The notes beneath the pieces were generated by a model. That model searched no databases and had not been told where the DNA came from. It worked only from the letters and a program-made list of their open reading frames with translations. From positions 29,328,001 through 29,392,000 of the forward strand of contig NC_058383.1 in NCBI RefSeq assembly GCF_018350175.1: a stretch of DNA of 64,000 nt, read 5' to 3'. This DNA is from Felis catus. Lineage: Eukaryota. Shown here piece after piece: positions 38,568 to 50,835 of this stretch (the first letter of the stretch is position 1; the number at the start of each line of letters is the position of its first letter). A program made the translations under genes and the position numbers.

Positions 38568-38633
38568 GTGGCATGATGCCCTGGTCCACCAGCTGTTCTC
38601 TCGTCCTCCTCTGTTGGAGCCTCAGCTGGAGCA
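38568..38633 (-). CDS. MRTFB: MRTFB exon B, RPEL1 (VLQLRLQQRRTREQLVDQGIMP)
   Basis: Acceptor ttttcacag|TG, donor C|gtaaga, 66 nt, phase 1 to 1. Not called on this strand by the ORF track. Confidence 0.96.
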
Positions 38634-41600
38634 CTGTGAAAAGGAAAGGATCACCACTGAGTTTATCGGCAACTGCAGGTGCCAACAAGCGGATCCCGGA
38701 GGAGATACAACTACGCTTTATTAAACCCCTTCTACTTCATAAGCGAGTGAGGATACTACCTGGCACCGTCCAACTTGTAAAAAGAAAACCGATTTGTAGT
38801 TTCTGCCAGTTTAGTGAGCTCGGAAGTTCCCTTGGCTTCTTTTTTGTTTAGTTAGTTCATAATCTTATTGATGAATATAGCTAAGTATTTGTTGTTTAAA
38901 TACAATCACAACATACTCTGCAAATAAACAAAAATAGTTGGCTTATACCTAAGTTGAGACTTGGGAATAAAAAATTTTAACTTGTAGAAATAGAAATGTG
39001 AGATTCCCTGACATTAATTGGCTTTTTTTTTTTAAAGCAACAAAAATTTATTTTAAGATTGACTTATTCGGAGAGATTTGCTCCATCTGGAACGAGTTTT
39101 AAATAGCTTTAATGAAGGCCAAGTATATAACAAAAATTAGACCTGTGAGGTATTACTAATGACCCAAAGGAAAATTTCTAAATTAAGAACTTACAGTTTA
39201 ATAATCTTTGCACAAACATCACACCATGTCTCACTCTACAAGTTCTAAAAAAAGCCAAAATCAATCGGTATCTTATCTTTTTAATGAAGACAAGAAAGAA
39301 TAAATCATTAGAACTTGTAGAGAATGAAGTATACGTCACAAAATGTGAAAATCCAGTTTGCCACATTTAATTAAAAAAAAAGTTTCCCCTGTATTTCTCC
39401 AGCAGCTTCCTTTCCTAGCATCTATTTTTGTCTGGAAAACGAGCCGATCTTCACAAAAGAATTACGTGAAGTAACTTTGAAAAATACTTTCCTTGGTTTA
39501 CCTTATGTTCAATTTTAAGTTTCTATTTTGATTTTTGTGGTTTCATCTATGGATGAAAACCAAGGTTAGGATTATTAAGGGTCTGAGTAAGGTTTGCCAA
39601 TATGCTAAAAAAAAAATTTACCTCTATGTACTTCTGGAAGAAAGAGAGAGAATTTTCTAGCAAGGGGGTGATGGCTGGCCCGAGAGGCTAGCTCAGGCCA
39701 GTCACGCACCCAGGCTCAAACAATATGCAAATGATGGCTCCTAGTTGTAACGACCCCCTGAGATCCAAAGGCACAGGGCCCAGGGCCCTTATATCCTTTG
39801 CTTTTTGCTTGCCCTTGTGCTGGGTGCACAGCACAGTCCTAGAGGCAGTTCCGAAACAGTCTAGACTGCAAAATGGCTTGTAAACACATTTTCTTATTCA
39901 ATGCTAGATATGAATGTCATCCTTTACTAAATGCTGAAAAATTTTTTTTGCTTCTTTTGGGGGCCGTAGGGATCACAAAGCATCAATGACCTCCCATTTA
40001 GAACCGAAGCAACTGACCTAAGATTCTATCACATAAAGCCAAAAAAAAATTTGATGAGTCAAAAAAATACAGGCACATGTTTCTCCCAGTAAAATGGCTT
40101 GTGATACTTTGAATCAATTATGCTCTAACACAAAGATCGTTTCCCTGATAACTTACAGTTTCCTGAGGACAGTATGTTCCCACCAAGGTACTTCACTAGG
40201 AACAAAAACAGCCAAAGAGATGACCTATGAACAGGATAGCACCCAAACGGCTGCATCCTCTAACGTTCTTCTGTGAATGCTAAAGCTAACACTTGTCTGA
40301 ACTTGAGACGGTCATATTCAAGAGGCCGAATCCCAAGAAGAGGAACACTGAGGGGAGAAAAGGGTCAGAACCATCTCCAGTTCAAAGGCTGACACTTCTG
40401 GAACACGGTGGTCCATGTCTGCTGATGAATCTCTAGCAGTGGCAGCCTTCCTTTCTCACAAGGGGGTCCTCAAAGAAAGGTGTAAAATAGAAAGAGTAAT
40501 GAAAACATCAACAGCCCCCTTCTTTGGTTTAAAACAAACAAGCAAAGCACCGTACTTGTGAGACATTGTGAGACACACGTTATCAAACACGATACAGATC
40601 TTTAGGGTGCGTGGCATCTCGGGATGATGGACACATTTGCAACAGCTTCATCTGCAAACCACAGTGAAGACAGTAAGCCACAGTAAGCCGTGAAGCGTCT
40701 CCTGACTGCACGCGGGTCAGCGGCCCTCATGCACTTTGCTGGCAGCCCTGCCCGCCATCAGGTCATTGACTAGACATCACATTCTCATGCTGACATGCAA
40801 AGCGTGTGTGCTACCAGGAGGGTACCACACAACATGGACGCACGTCAGCGACGGTGAAGACGAAGCAAACACCAAACACAAACCACGTGTGTTTTCCATC
40901 CAGGTTCCTACGTGGCAAAACAAAGCACCTTTCTTATGCCATACTGCTTTCAGGGAGGGGAATCATCTTGCCCATCTATTCCCTTCTCGTTGCCTCTGTA
41001 ACCTTCCCAAGAAGCAACATCATCGCACTACAGCGCTACTCAAAGCAGGGGAGGCGGGCAGCCTTCGTCTCCTAAGAGCCATGTACTGGGTGTCTGTTCG
41101 TGACTGCACGGAACAAGTGTGGGATGCACGGCCAAGGGCGGCAGGAGCAGCAATGGCCAGGAATGGAGGGTGTGTGTCGAAGCAAAGATGTGAGGAAGAA
41201 CATGAATGGAAGAGGCAGAGGTACAGATGACAGTCAGGGTGTAAGCCTGATGACCCAGTCTGGCTTAGTTTTCACCTCTAACAGGAGGGGGGCGGCCCTG
41301 GACACACTGCACGGACTGTCAGGCACAACGCCCCGTGGAGAGCCTCGGGTACGTTGCCACTTTGGGTCAGTGTTAAAACACAATTACAGGATTTGCCCAC
41401 ATTAAATATAACCAGTCACTCACAACCTGATGGAAGCTCTTCTGAGAATTTATGAAAAGTACAAACAGGTACAGGCTCATGATTCTGGGAAACAGCAAAA
41501 CTCCTTTGGGTACTTCCCACTCAGCCCATCAGTAAAAAAGTTCACGTATCATAAGCGACAACCAGTCCGCACCCCAAAGGCAGAACGTCCAGCCCAGGAG

Positions 41601-44504
41601 AGGCGAGGATGGAACGATGCACACAGTGTGGCTGTCCCTCGGCACTGGACAACCGGAGCTGGCAGAACCAGAAGCTGAGCCAGGTCAGCAAAGGCGCGAG
41701 GGGTCCTGGAGACAGAGGACCTGACTCTGTTAGTAATCAGAGCACCACTCGTGGTTGTGGGATCAAGATGCTTTCTCGACTTTCTCCGGGGCCCTTATGA
41801 ATCCGGCCCGGAGACCATTTTCCTCCCTTGTAGGCTCCACACTCGTGCTCCTGTGGACACAGGGAAGGCCCGGCCCGCTGACCTCTGCCGGGCCTGCCGC
41901 ACGGTTGTCGTTCTTAAGACAAAGGAGTAAACTGCTATCCCGGCTGGTCTCTGGAAAAGTGACACACTCTGCATGTGTCGGTAAGACTGCACTTCTGTAG
42001 CCACGAAGGCAAGACTAGAGGCTGGTCCGGCGAGTGCTTTCTTGGGGTGGCGGCGGGTGGCCGAACAGTTGCCTAAGAAGCCAACGTCCCGGGCAATGGC
42101 CTTGCGTCTGAAAACTGAACCTCACAGCGTCCTCCCTGGTGCCGAGATGGGCGGATCAACTGAGCTACTGGGCTGACACCACAGCCTCCATCCTATGAGG
42201 AGATTAACTAAAACTGAGGTCTCTCCAAGGCCATTGTGCAAATACGACATGCAAGAGAAGAAAACATGTAAATCTAGAGAATTCTGAGGGAGAAAAAACC
42301 ATAGTTCCAAACAGCGAGCGGCGACATCGTTTCAGAAAACAAAGGACACGGTAATAACAGAGCAAAATAGAATTCACGTTACCATTGCTCTTATTTGAAC
42401 ATTTTCAAAGAATGCCTTGGTCTTTGAAAAATGTAGAAATGAAAACAATCCAACACATGATCCTGCTAAGTCCTTCAGTTTAAAATTGTTGAGTTTAAAC
42501 TCATTTGATTTTCTCAACAACGGGGGGGGGAGTTAGATATAAAAGATACGTATCTCATTATACAGCTAGCACTGTACTCTCTGCGTAAAAGCAAATACCT
42601 CAAGTTGAGAATTCTACGACAGCTCTGTTTCCTGATGACAAAACTCACAAGAGGTGCTCAAAGGACCTCCATCAACGAAGGGAGAGGAAGTGACAGAGCC
42701 ATTTGCATACTGTATGTGGCATGTCTTTCTTAATTAGCCAAGTCTTTTATTTTTTATTAGAAGAAAAACTTTGCATCTAAGAGTCAGCTATGTTCATTAC
42801 ACAGGCTAAGGAAATATACCAAAGGAGGAGGAAGAAACTAAGCAACAAAATCCCTGAGTATATCACCCATAGACACACAACTACTGTAACCCTACTGGTG
42901 TATTTCCTCTGTCTCTTTTCTAGGCCTAAGTTTGGACCCTCTGCTTCCACACATCATACCGTACATGTAATGAAAAATACTCTTTTTTTAATGACTACAC
43001 ATTCTTTGGCGTGCACACTCCACGGTGTACTAAATATCTGCCTGTCATTTAGCACGGAGGTCGTTTCCGATTTATGCTACTATATACAATGATGCTATGG
43101 TGGAATTTTTGTGTATAAAGTTTGTTCCTTATTTCCAGGTATTTCCCTAATTCCTAGAAGGAGTAATACCTCTAGTGGTCCATAGAAGGTATGGCTGTGA
43201 AGTAGTGAGATGCATTTCTTCGGGGGGCAAACCAGCATCTTTGGAAATAATAGCAGATGGGGGAGGGCATGAATACAGACCACTTTACATCTATTTCATG
43301 TAGAGAAAAAAATTCTTAATTATTGAATTTTCCCAAGGTGGACAGGTCTTAATACTTTTTAAGGCTAACCTTCAGGGCTTACTCTTATATTTCAGCAGAG
43401 AGAAAAAAAATACAAACAATTTAAAAAATTCTATTTTGTGCTATTCTTTACTACAACAGATGAAAACAATAAATGTGTCAAGGGAAGTGCTGGAGGCTTG
43501 TTTTTTTTTTTCTTTCTTTTTTTTTTTTTTTAAAGAAATGTAAAACTTGGATTTTTAAGCACCATTCCAAAAAATGAAAGGGAGCTTATTCAATGTTAAA
43601 GAGGAAATGTCTCTGTTACACGGCATCACAGATACTCTACACATTGGAGAATATTTTCTTTTAGTTCCTTTCCCCTGCTTTTTCTTAAATGGATTAAAAT
43701 GCTTTTGGAACAAAATTTCCAGGTTAGTTTCTAATAGAAAAAAAAAAAAAGAAACATAATATGCAATAAAGTCTTTCACATAATACTTACACCCCACTTC
43801 AAAATTTTCAGCTGCTTTATGAACCAAGGCGATTTGTCTGTTCTCTTTTTTTCTCTGTAAGTAGAACGTTTGAAGTGCTTCTATAATATGACCTAAAGTG
43901 CTTTTTCACTCTAAAGGAAAAAAGCCCCATATTATGCAGCATTTTAATAACATACGACAGTTTAGCATGAACTGGATAAGCCAGAGCAATGCGCAGTTTT
44001 GGCGCAAAGGGCTTGCGAGGGGACATCTGGGGACGGTATACTACAAAAACAGGGCAGAAATGACCCTTTCTGGGAAGCGGTGTGGCAGTGGGCCATGATC
44101 TTGGAAATTCTCAATGAATAGCCAGTTTCACTTATGGGGTACGAAGGAGGGTGGGACAAGAAGGGGAGGGGACATAAGCAGCTGTCAGTGCGTCAGAGAA
44201 CCCGACTGCGGGACATCGGGCAGGATAAACCGCAGAACCAAGGAGAATGAAAAGCCCAAAATCCTGAGCAGTCAAGGGAAGGCCGGCTAACCAGAGGCCA
44301 AAGCAAAGATGGAAAACCAAAGAATACTCTGGAATTGACGATGTATCGACTCTGAAGTCAATACCAGGCAAAAACCAGGCCCTGGTTTCAGTTTTTCAAT
44401 TTAATTTTATTTTTTCAAACAGATGTTTGAGTAAAGGGAATAAAGTAATTGGGGTTTGGCAAAAATCTATTACGGACCGTTTAAACTGCATTAACTTAGG
44501 GGCC

Positions 44505-44697
44505 TGGGGTGCCTGGGTGGCTCAGTTTGTTAGGCGTCCAACTACGGCTCAGGTCATGATCTCACAGTTGGTGGCTCTGAGCTCTGCGTTGGGCTCACTG
44601 CTGTCAGCAGCCCACTTTGTATCCTCTGGCTCCCTCTCTCTCTGCCCTTCCCCCACTTGGACTCTCTCTCAAAAATAAATTAACATTTAAAAAAAAT
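44505..44697 (+). mobile_element. Can-SINE with TSD
   Basis: Forward copy; flanking ttaggggcctg repeat. Confidence 0.85.
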
Positions 44698-46299
44698 TAG
44701 GGGCCTGATGCTATGAAAACAAGACAATGTTATCATCATAACATCTTTTCAACAGATATGGGAGGGAGTGACGGGCCCCTAAGTCACATCTTAGGACAGT
44801 GAAGCCTGAGGGCCCCATTCAGTCCTGGATGCAGTGGTTTATTAAAGTGGCAGTTGAGTGGTAAAATGTACAACTACATTTGCTTACAGGTAAGGCCGAA
44901 AATTTGAAGTCTTGGAAAAATGTGATACTGAAATAGCAAAAGATTGATGAACTTTTCCTTGTCCTTAAAAATAAATGTTTAAAAAGGTGGTAGTTATTAA
45001 TACTGTACTATGACCACTATTACTCCAGATGCTTGGGAAAAATTACCATTTTTTTCCCCAAATATAAAACCATAAGGATTGTTTAAAAAACTTTATTTTT
45101 TTTTAAAGCAGTTTTAGATTTATAACAAAACTGAGAGGGAAGGACAGATTTCCCACATACCCCTGCCCCCACACATACAGTCTCCCCCATTATCAGCAAG
45201 GTTTTAAAAAATTTAATCCCACCAAGATTCATATGTTCTTGGTGTGGACGGGTACTCTGTAGTCAGAAGGTCACATCCTGAGAATTCCATCTGGGCCCGG
45301 GTCTCACAAATACACCATTATATGTACCACCAATGCCTCTATTCAAAATCCATGTTTTAGGAGAATCTTTTCTATTTATTTGTTGAAATAAAAGTGACAC
45401 ACACACATAAAAAAGGCATTAAAAAGAACAGTGAATGTTGGTCCATCCCGCTCCCCACCTCTAGTCCTCCACCATAAAGGAAAGCACTGGGAAGCTTCCA
45501 TGGCTCCAGAGGGTGTTCTGTGAATATTCCCAGAATATTAAATATAAAATATGCAAAGGAGATGTATGGGGTGAGATCTTACTATTCATGTAGTTTGGTG
45601 ACGTGCTTTAAAACACCCCACGAAATCTAGCTCATTCTTACCAGCTGTGTTAATGGCAGTATCTAACGTGTGGAGGTCTCAACTGTATACACGTTAAGTC
45701 TCCAGGTTTTTTGCTATTATAAACCAGGCTGCGGTGACTGTCCTATTCATTTTTTTGGTATCCTTTCATGATGATGATGATTATATAAAATGTATGATAA
45801 CAGAATATGCACTTCAAATTCTGATAGGGGTGCTTTGCAATCCAAATGGTTTCAGCACTCTGTAGTCCCACTTACGACGTAGGAGGGGACACTTCTGTTC
45901 GTCCCTTCCCCAGTATGTGCGTCATCGTGTCTTAAGAGAAGTTTAAATTCAGAAACAAAGATCACTTCCACTCACCCCAGACCACTGGCAAATATCATGC
46001 CAAAAATAATAGTAAAATTTGATATAACTAATAAGGAGTAAGGGACCAAAAGACATCAAAAGAATTAGGGAGGGTGATGGGGCAGGTTTTTGACTGAATG
46101 TGGAGACATTTACGGTTGTCAGAAGCTCTAGTTAAGCTTTCTGTCGCAAACCTCGTATTTATTCATAAACCTGGAAGAATTTTCTGATGTTCCTGGGTAG
46201 AAACCTCAAGCACAAGACATCTCATTTTTTTCCCCTTCAACACAGCTGAGAGATGTACTAGACATATTTAAGATATATTTAGAATAAAATCAACCAGTA

Positions 46300-47700
46300 C
46301 GTGGTAAGAGACTGGATGCTGGGCTTGAAGGGGGAAGACACAACCAAGATGGCTCCTGGGTTTCTGGCTTAAGCACCTGGGTAGACCGGTGACTGAGACG
46401 AACAATGCAAGTTGGCCATTTGGGAGCTCGGTCTCAGACGTGTGTGAATTAGAAGTGCAGATGTCAAAGTGACGATGGCTCTGGGGGTCCAGATTTCAGA
46501 AGGCAGGTCTTGGAAGGAGACTGAAATTTGAAAGTCGTCACTTAGGGGCGCCTGGGTGGCGCAGTCGGTTAAGCGTCCGACTTCAGCCAGGTCACGATCT
46601 CGCGGTCCGTGAGTTTGAGCCCTGCGTCAGGCTCTGGGCTGATGGCTCAGAGCCTGGAGCCTGTTTCCGATTCTGTGTCTCCCTCTCTCTCTGCCCCTCC
46701 CCCGTTCATGCTCTGTCTCTCTCTGTCTCAAAAATGAATAAAACAGGGGGCGCCTGGGTGGCGCAGTCGGTTAAGTGTCCGACTTCAGCCAGGTCACGAT
46801 CTCGCGGTCCGTGAGTTCGAGCCCCGCGTCGGGCTCTGGGCTGATGGCTCAGAGCCTGGAGCCTGTTTCCGATTCTGTGTCTCCCTCTCTCTCTGTCCCT
46901 CCCCCGTTCATGCTCTGTCTCTCTCTGTCCCAAAAATAAATAAACGTTGAAAAAAAAAAAAAAAAGAAAAGAAAGTCGTCACTTATGTGGCATTTAAAGC
47001 CCTGAGAGTCCGCCGAGCTGGAGAATACAGAAAGAGAAGGCAAAGGAAGCCCGGGACTCAGCAACCAGGAACAAGGAACGTTAACAATTAAAAGCCCACT
47101 TATGGGTCAGCGAGGGGATGAAGAAGACCCAGCAAAGGAAGTCGAGGAAGCCATCTGTGAAGGAAGAGGAGCCTGGAGAGTGGTGTAAAAGTATTTTCTA
47201 TAAGGGGGTCATGAGGAGCTACTGCTCGGAGGGATGGATGTAAGTCAGACCAGAGGAGGCGTACGGAGTAAAGGAGGGGCAAGGGTGTGAATGACGTCAA
47301 CGGAAGCAATGCTTTCAAGATGGTGCCCATGAAGGCAGGAGAGAAGGTGCAAAGCTTCAGGCTGGAACATACTGGGGCAAGTCTATAACAGATGAAGAGC
47401 AAGAGAGAGGAATGGGGAGGGGAGGGGAGGGAAAGGGGAGAACGGGGCTGAATGAACAGGAAGGAGAATGAACAGGAGAGTAGGAGGCGGCAGGTCCCTT
47501 CAAGGGAAGGGCGTCCGAGCACACAGAGACAGCTTCTGCTAAGAGCCGCTCCTTCTGGCGCAACAGGAGGGCAAACAGAACGGGGCAGAGCTGCAGGTAG
47601 GTATACAGATCTGGACTGGGCTGTCCAGGGACTTGCCAATGACGCCTTCTATTTCCTCGAAGGAGGAGGAAGCCAGGCGACGCGCTGAAAGTGAGGCGAG
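46300..47700 (+). mobile_element. Degenerate L2 region hosting the SINE dimer
   Basis: L2-like motifs (gatggctcctgggtttctggcttaagcacctgggtag; ggcatttaaagccctgagag), purine-rich. Confidence 0.55.
46545..46970 (+). mobile_element. Head-to-tail Can-SINE dimer within one TSD
   Basis: Two near-identical copies (46545-46745 and 46746-46970); TSD gaaagtcgtcactta at 46530 and 46971. Confidence 0.92.
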
Positions 47701-47974
47701 GGAGCAAAAGGTCAGTCTGAGGCCAGTGCAGGAGGTACGAAACAGTCGCTGCAGACGGTGAAGAGCAGGGTGAAAAGAGAAACAGGTTATTTGTTCCCGA
47801 GATGCTCCGCTAATGGTGGCAACAGCCTGGGGGACAGAAGTCACTCAGGAAACTGGCAGGTTGCTCGTCAGCTCTGAACGTTATCCCTGTGATCAGAGAA
47901 AGAGACCACGAGATACAAAATCACGACGTCTGGCAGTTCTCCCTAAAGCTCAGCAAACCAAGTTTTTGTCACAA

Positions 47975-48528
47975 GCAGTTGTAGCCCAGCAATTCCCCGT
48001 CTGGGTGAACCGGAAAGAACGGACGGCGGGGGCTCAGACACACGGGTGCATCCGTGTGCGCGGCGGCACCGCTGACAGTCCGCAGAAGTTGGGGACGGTC
48101 CCCAAGTCAGCAGCGCATCAATGGATGAACGCGCTGCGGTCCGTCCACACAACGGAACAGAATCCAGCCATAAAAAAGAATGTAGCACGGACAGGTGCTG
48201 CCACACGGACGAACCTGGAAAACACGATGCTCAGTGAAAGACGTCAGACACAAAGGCCACCTGGTGGACCTGTGCCGCGTGTGAAATAGCCACCTGAGAC
48301 AGAGTTCAGAGTGGTGACTGCTACGAACTGGGGTGGGGGTTGGGGGGTGGGAGGGGGGTGTGGGAGCAACTGCTTAACAGCTGCGAGGTTTTCTTTGGGG
48401 TGATGAAAATGTTTTGGAACCAGAGGTGTGTCTGAGCAACCTGGTGAATAGTACTAAATGCCTCTGAATCGTTCACTCTAAAATGGTTAAGTTTTTGTTA
48501 TATGAATTTTAGCTCAATTAAAAAAAAA
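47975..48528 (+). mobile_element. Old L1 3' end
   Basis: cccagcaattcc...; cagccataaaaaagaa; gaacctggaaaacacgatgctcagtgaaag; terminal ctcaattaaaaaaaa. Confidence 0.8.
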
Positions 48529-49572
48529 CCAAACATGTCAGCAGAACAAGAGACCTTAAGACACGAATAACTCAATAACCAAATTTCTCATTTCTCACCC
48601 ACTCCTAGCTAGCCCTCACCACAACTCCGTTAACCACTAACGCTGACTCCATCTTTTAATAATGTGATAACTATAGTCACAGCTACATTTTACACTGCTG
48701 TCACACTGAATTCTAGGTTGTCCTGGGGCTGTTCTGGCCCTTATTTCCCCTTCTAGACCACATCCCTATATTCTAGCATCTTCTGCAATGCTCACAGTAT
48801 AGAAGTTTCAATCAACACGTTTTACTTAACTTTGCATGGTAGACTTAACAGTATGTAACGGAGTTAGAGTTTCTAAGGAAAGAAAGCTCTGCCAATTTTT
48901 TTTTTTAATACTAGGCCAAATTTAAGAAGAGATCAACAGAAGAATTTTCGAGGGGCAAGGGCTTATCATGGGCAGAACCAAGATTATTTCAGTTTGTTGT
49001 AGGAATCTGAGGCTTGGGTATTTTTGAATTACTGTGGGTGGTAGAACAGGAAATAAAATTTAATACAAGACGACTAATAAGGGAAGGTGAAGGCAAAGGA
49101 GTCAAGAAAACCATGAAAACCTGGCAGATACCAGTTTGTTTTCATCTCCACTTACAATGACTGTAAAATTCATGATGCATTAAGGAAGAAAAAAAGCACT
49201 CAAGGACTCTCACACATGACAAAAGGGAGCAACCAAAGATCACAGACCTCTGGCTTTATTTTCAGGGCTCTAACTTGCTAATTACAAAGTAAGCCTCTTC
49301 TTTAAGTGATGCTACAAACTAGAAAGCACAAAGAGGCCCCAAATAAAGTGGTGGCTTGTCTTCTAAGAGCCATGCCATCTGCACTGACGCGCAGGCTTCC
49401 CGGACCACGGCTTCCTTTCTGGAGCAACGCAGTTACGTACGGAGTGTATGTAAATCGACACTCCGACATGACGAAGGGCAAGCAGCACTGTGATCAGAAA
49501 TTTTTATATTATGATTATTTTCCACTGAAGAAAGGGAGACAACATCAAATTAACTAAAAACAAAAACTGTAC

Positions 49573-49803
49573 AGGGGTGCCTGGGTGCCTCAGTTGGTTA
49601 AGTGACTGACTTCGGCTCAGCTCATGATCTTGCGGTCTGTGAGTTCGAGCCCCACGTCAGGCTCTGGGCTCTGTGCTGAAAGCTCAGAGCCCGGCACCGA
49701 TTTCGGATTCTGTGTCTCCCCCTCTCTCTGCCCTTCCCCCACTCGCACTGTGTCTCTCTCTGTCTCTCAAAAATAAATTAACTTTAAAAAATTAAAAAAA
49801 AAA
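49573..49803 (+). mobile_element. Can-SINE
   Basis: Forward copy with a small internal ggctctg duplication. Confidence 0.88.
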
Positions 49804-50172
49804 CTGCACATATTAGTGTTTGAAAAAGTTCTTAGACGACATAGGAAATATTGCCTTTCTTTCCAATGTCAGAAAGCCTACTGTAGCCTATGAACTCCCC
49901 GGGGGTGGGGGATACGGGAAGGGGCAGGTGAGACAAACTTTGGAATTCTAAACTTGCTGGTAAGGAGGTCACAGTCTAAAATGCACCATTTAGCCTCTAT
50001 TAGGAATTAAAAGCAAAAATGAAGTAGAAACGAAAATGCGAACAGTCCAGGCTAACATGCGATAGGTTTCCTGAATTATTCTGCAGCATGAGGTCAGGAA
50101 GACCATGTTTTCAACATGCAGCTTTGGAAATTTACAGGCACTTTGATAACTCCGTGGTTGGCTGCTGCTTCT

Positions 50173-50186
50173 GTTACCATGGAAAC
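50173..50186. promoter_or_regulatory. RFX X-box motif GTTACCATGGAAAC
   Basis: Matches the X-box consensus GTTNCCATGGNAAC in apparently non-repeat intronic sequence. Confidence 0.5.
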
Positions 50187-50618
50187 AGACTGCTAAAAAT
50201 GGGGCATGTTTCTTTAAACTGATCATACCTTCACACAAATTCCCTTCTCCTTTTTGTCAAAAGTTGGAATGAATTTAAAGTATGCCTCTCGTGGTATGAC
50301 AACGTGATGTCAAGCTGGGGGGCCTGGTACAGAACAGCAGGGGTAACATCAGTCTGTGGCACGCATACAGAAGGATATTACACACATACGCGTTTTAAAA
50401 CATCTCATTTGGTTAAGGAGTGGTGGAAATGAAGTACCTAGTGGCATAAAAGGAAGTATAACGCAAATATCAGGCACTTTGAAAGCAACATCATCCACTT
50501 AACTGCCTCATCACCAGCAACGTAAAGAGGTTAAAACAATACTTGATTTCTTTCTTGTTGACAACGGATTTTTAACCTGTAGGACCCTACAGGCTCTATC
50601 CCCGAACTTCCACATTTC

Positions 50619-50835
50619 TTTTTTTTTTTTTTCAACGTTTATTTATTTTTGGGACAGAGAGAGACAGAGCATGAACGGGGGAGGGGCAGAGAGAGAGGGA
50701 GACACAGAATCGGAAACAGGCTCCAGGCTCTGAGCCATCAGCCCAGAGCCTGACGCGGGGCTCGAACTCACGGACCGCGAGATAGTGACCTGGCTGAAGT
50801 CGGACGCTTAACCGACTGCGCCACCCAGGCGCCCC
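50619..50835 (-). mobile_element. Young Can-SINE with long TSD
   Basis: Near-consensus reverse copy; TSD cgaacttccacatttctt. Confidence 0.93.

Noticed and set aside
39502..39546. 45-nt exon-like segment with a branch point and AAG|gtaaac donor
   Set aside because: Stops in all three frames and only about 75 nt from the 12-nt candidate; no further support.
40290..40375. Strong-looking acceptor (ctgacccttttctcccctcag)
   Set aside because: No convincing in-phase donor before an in-frame TAG.
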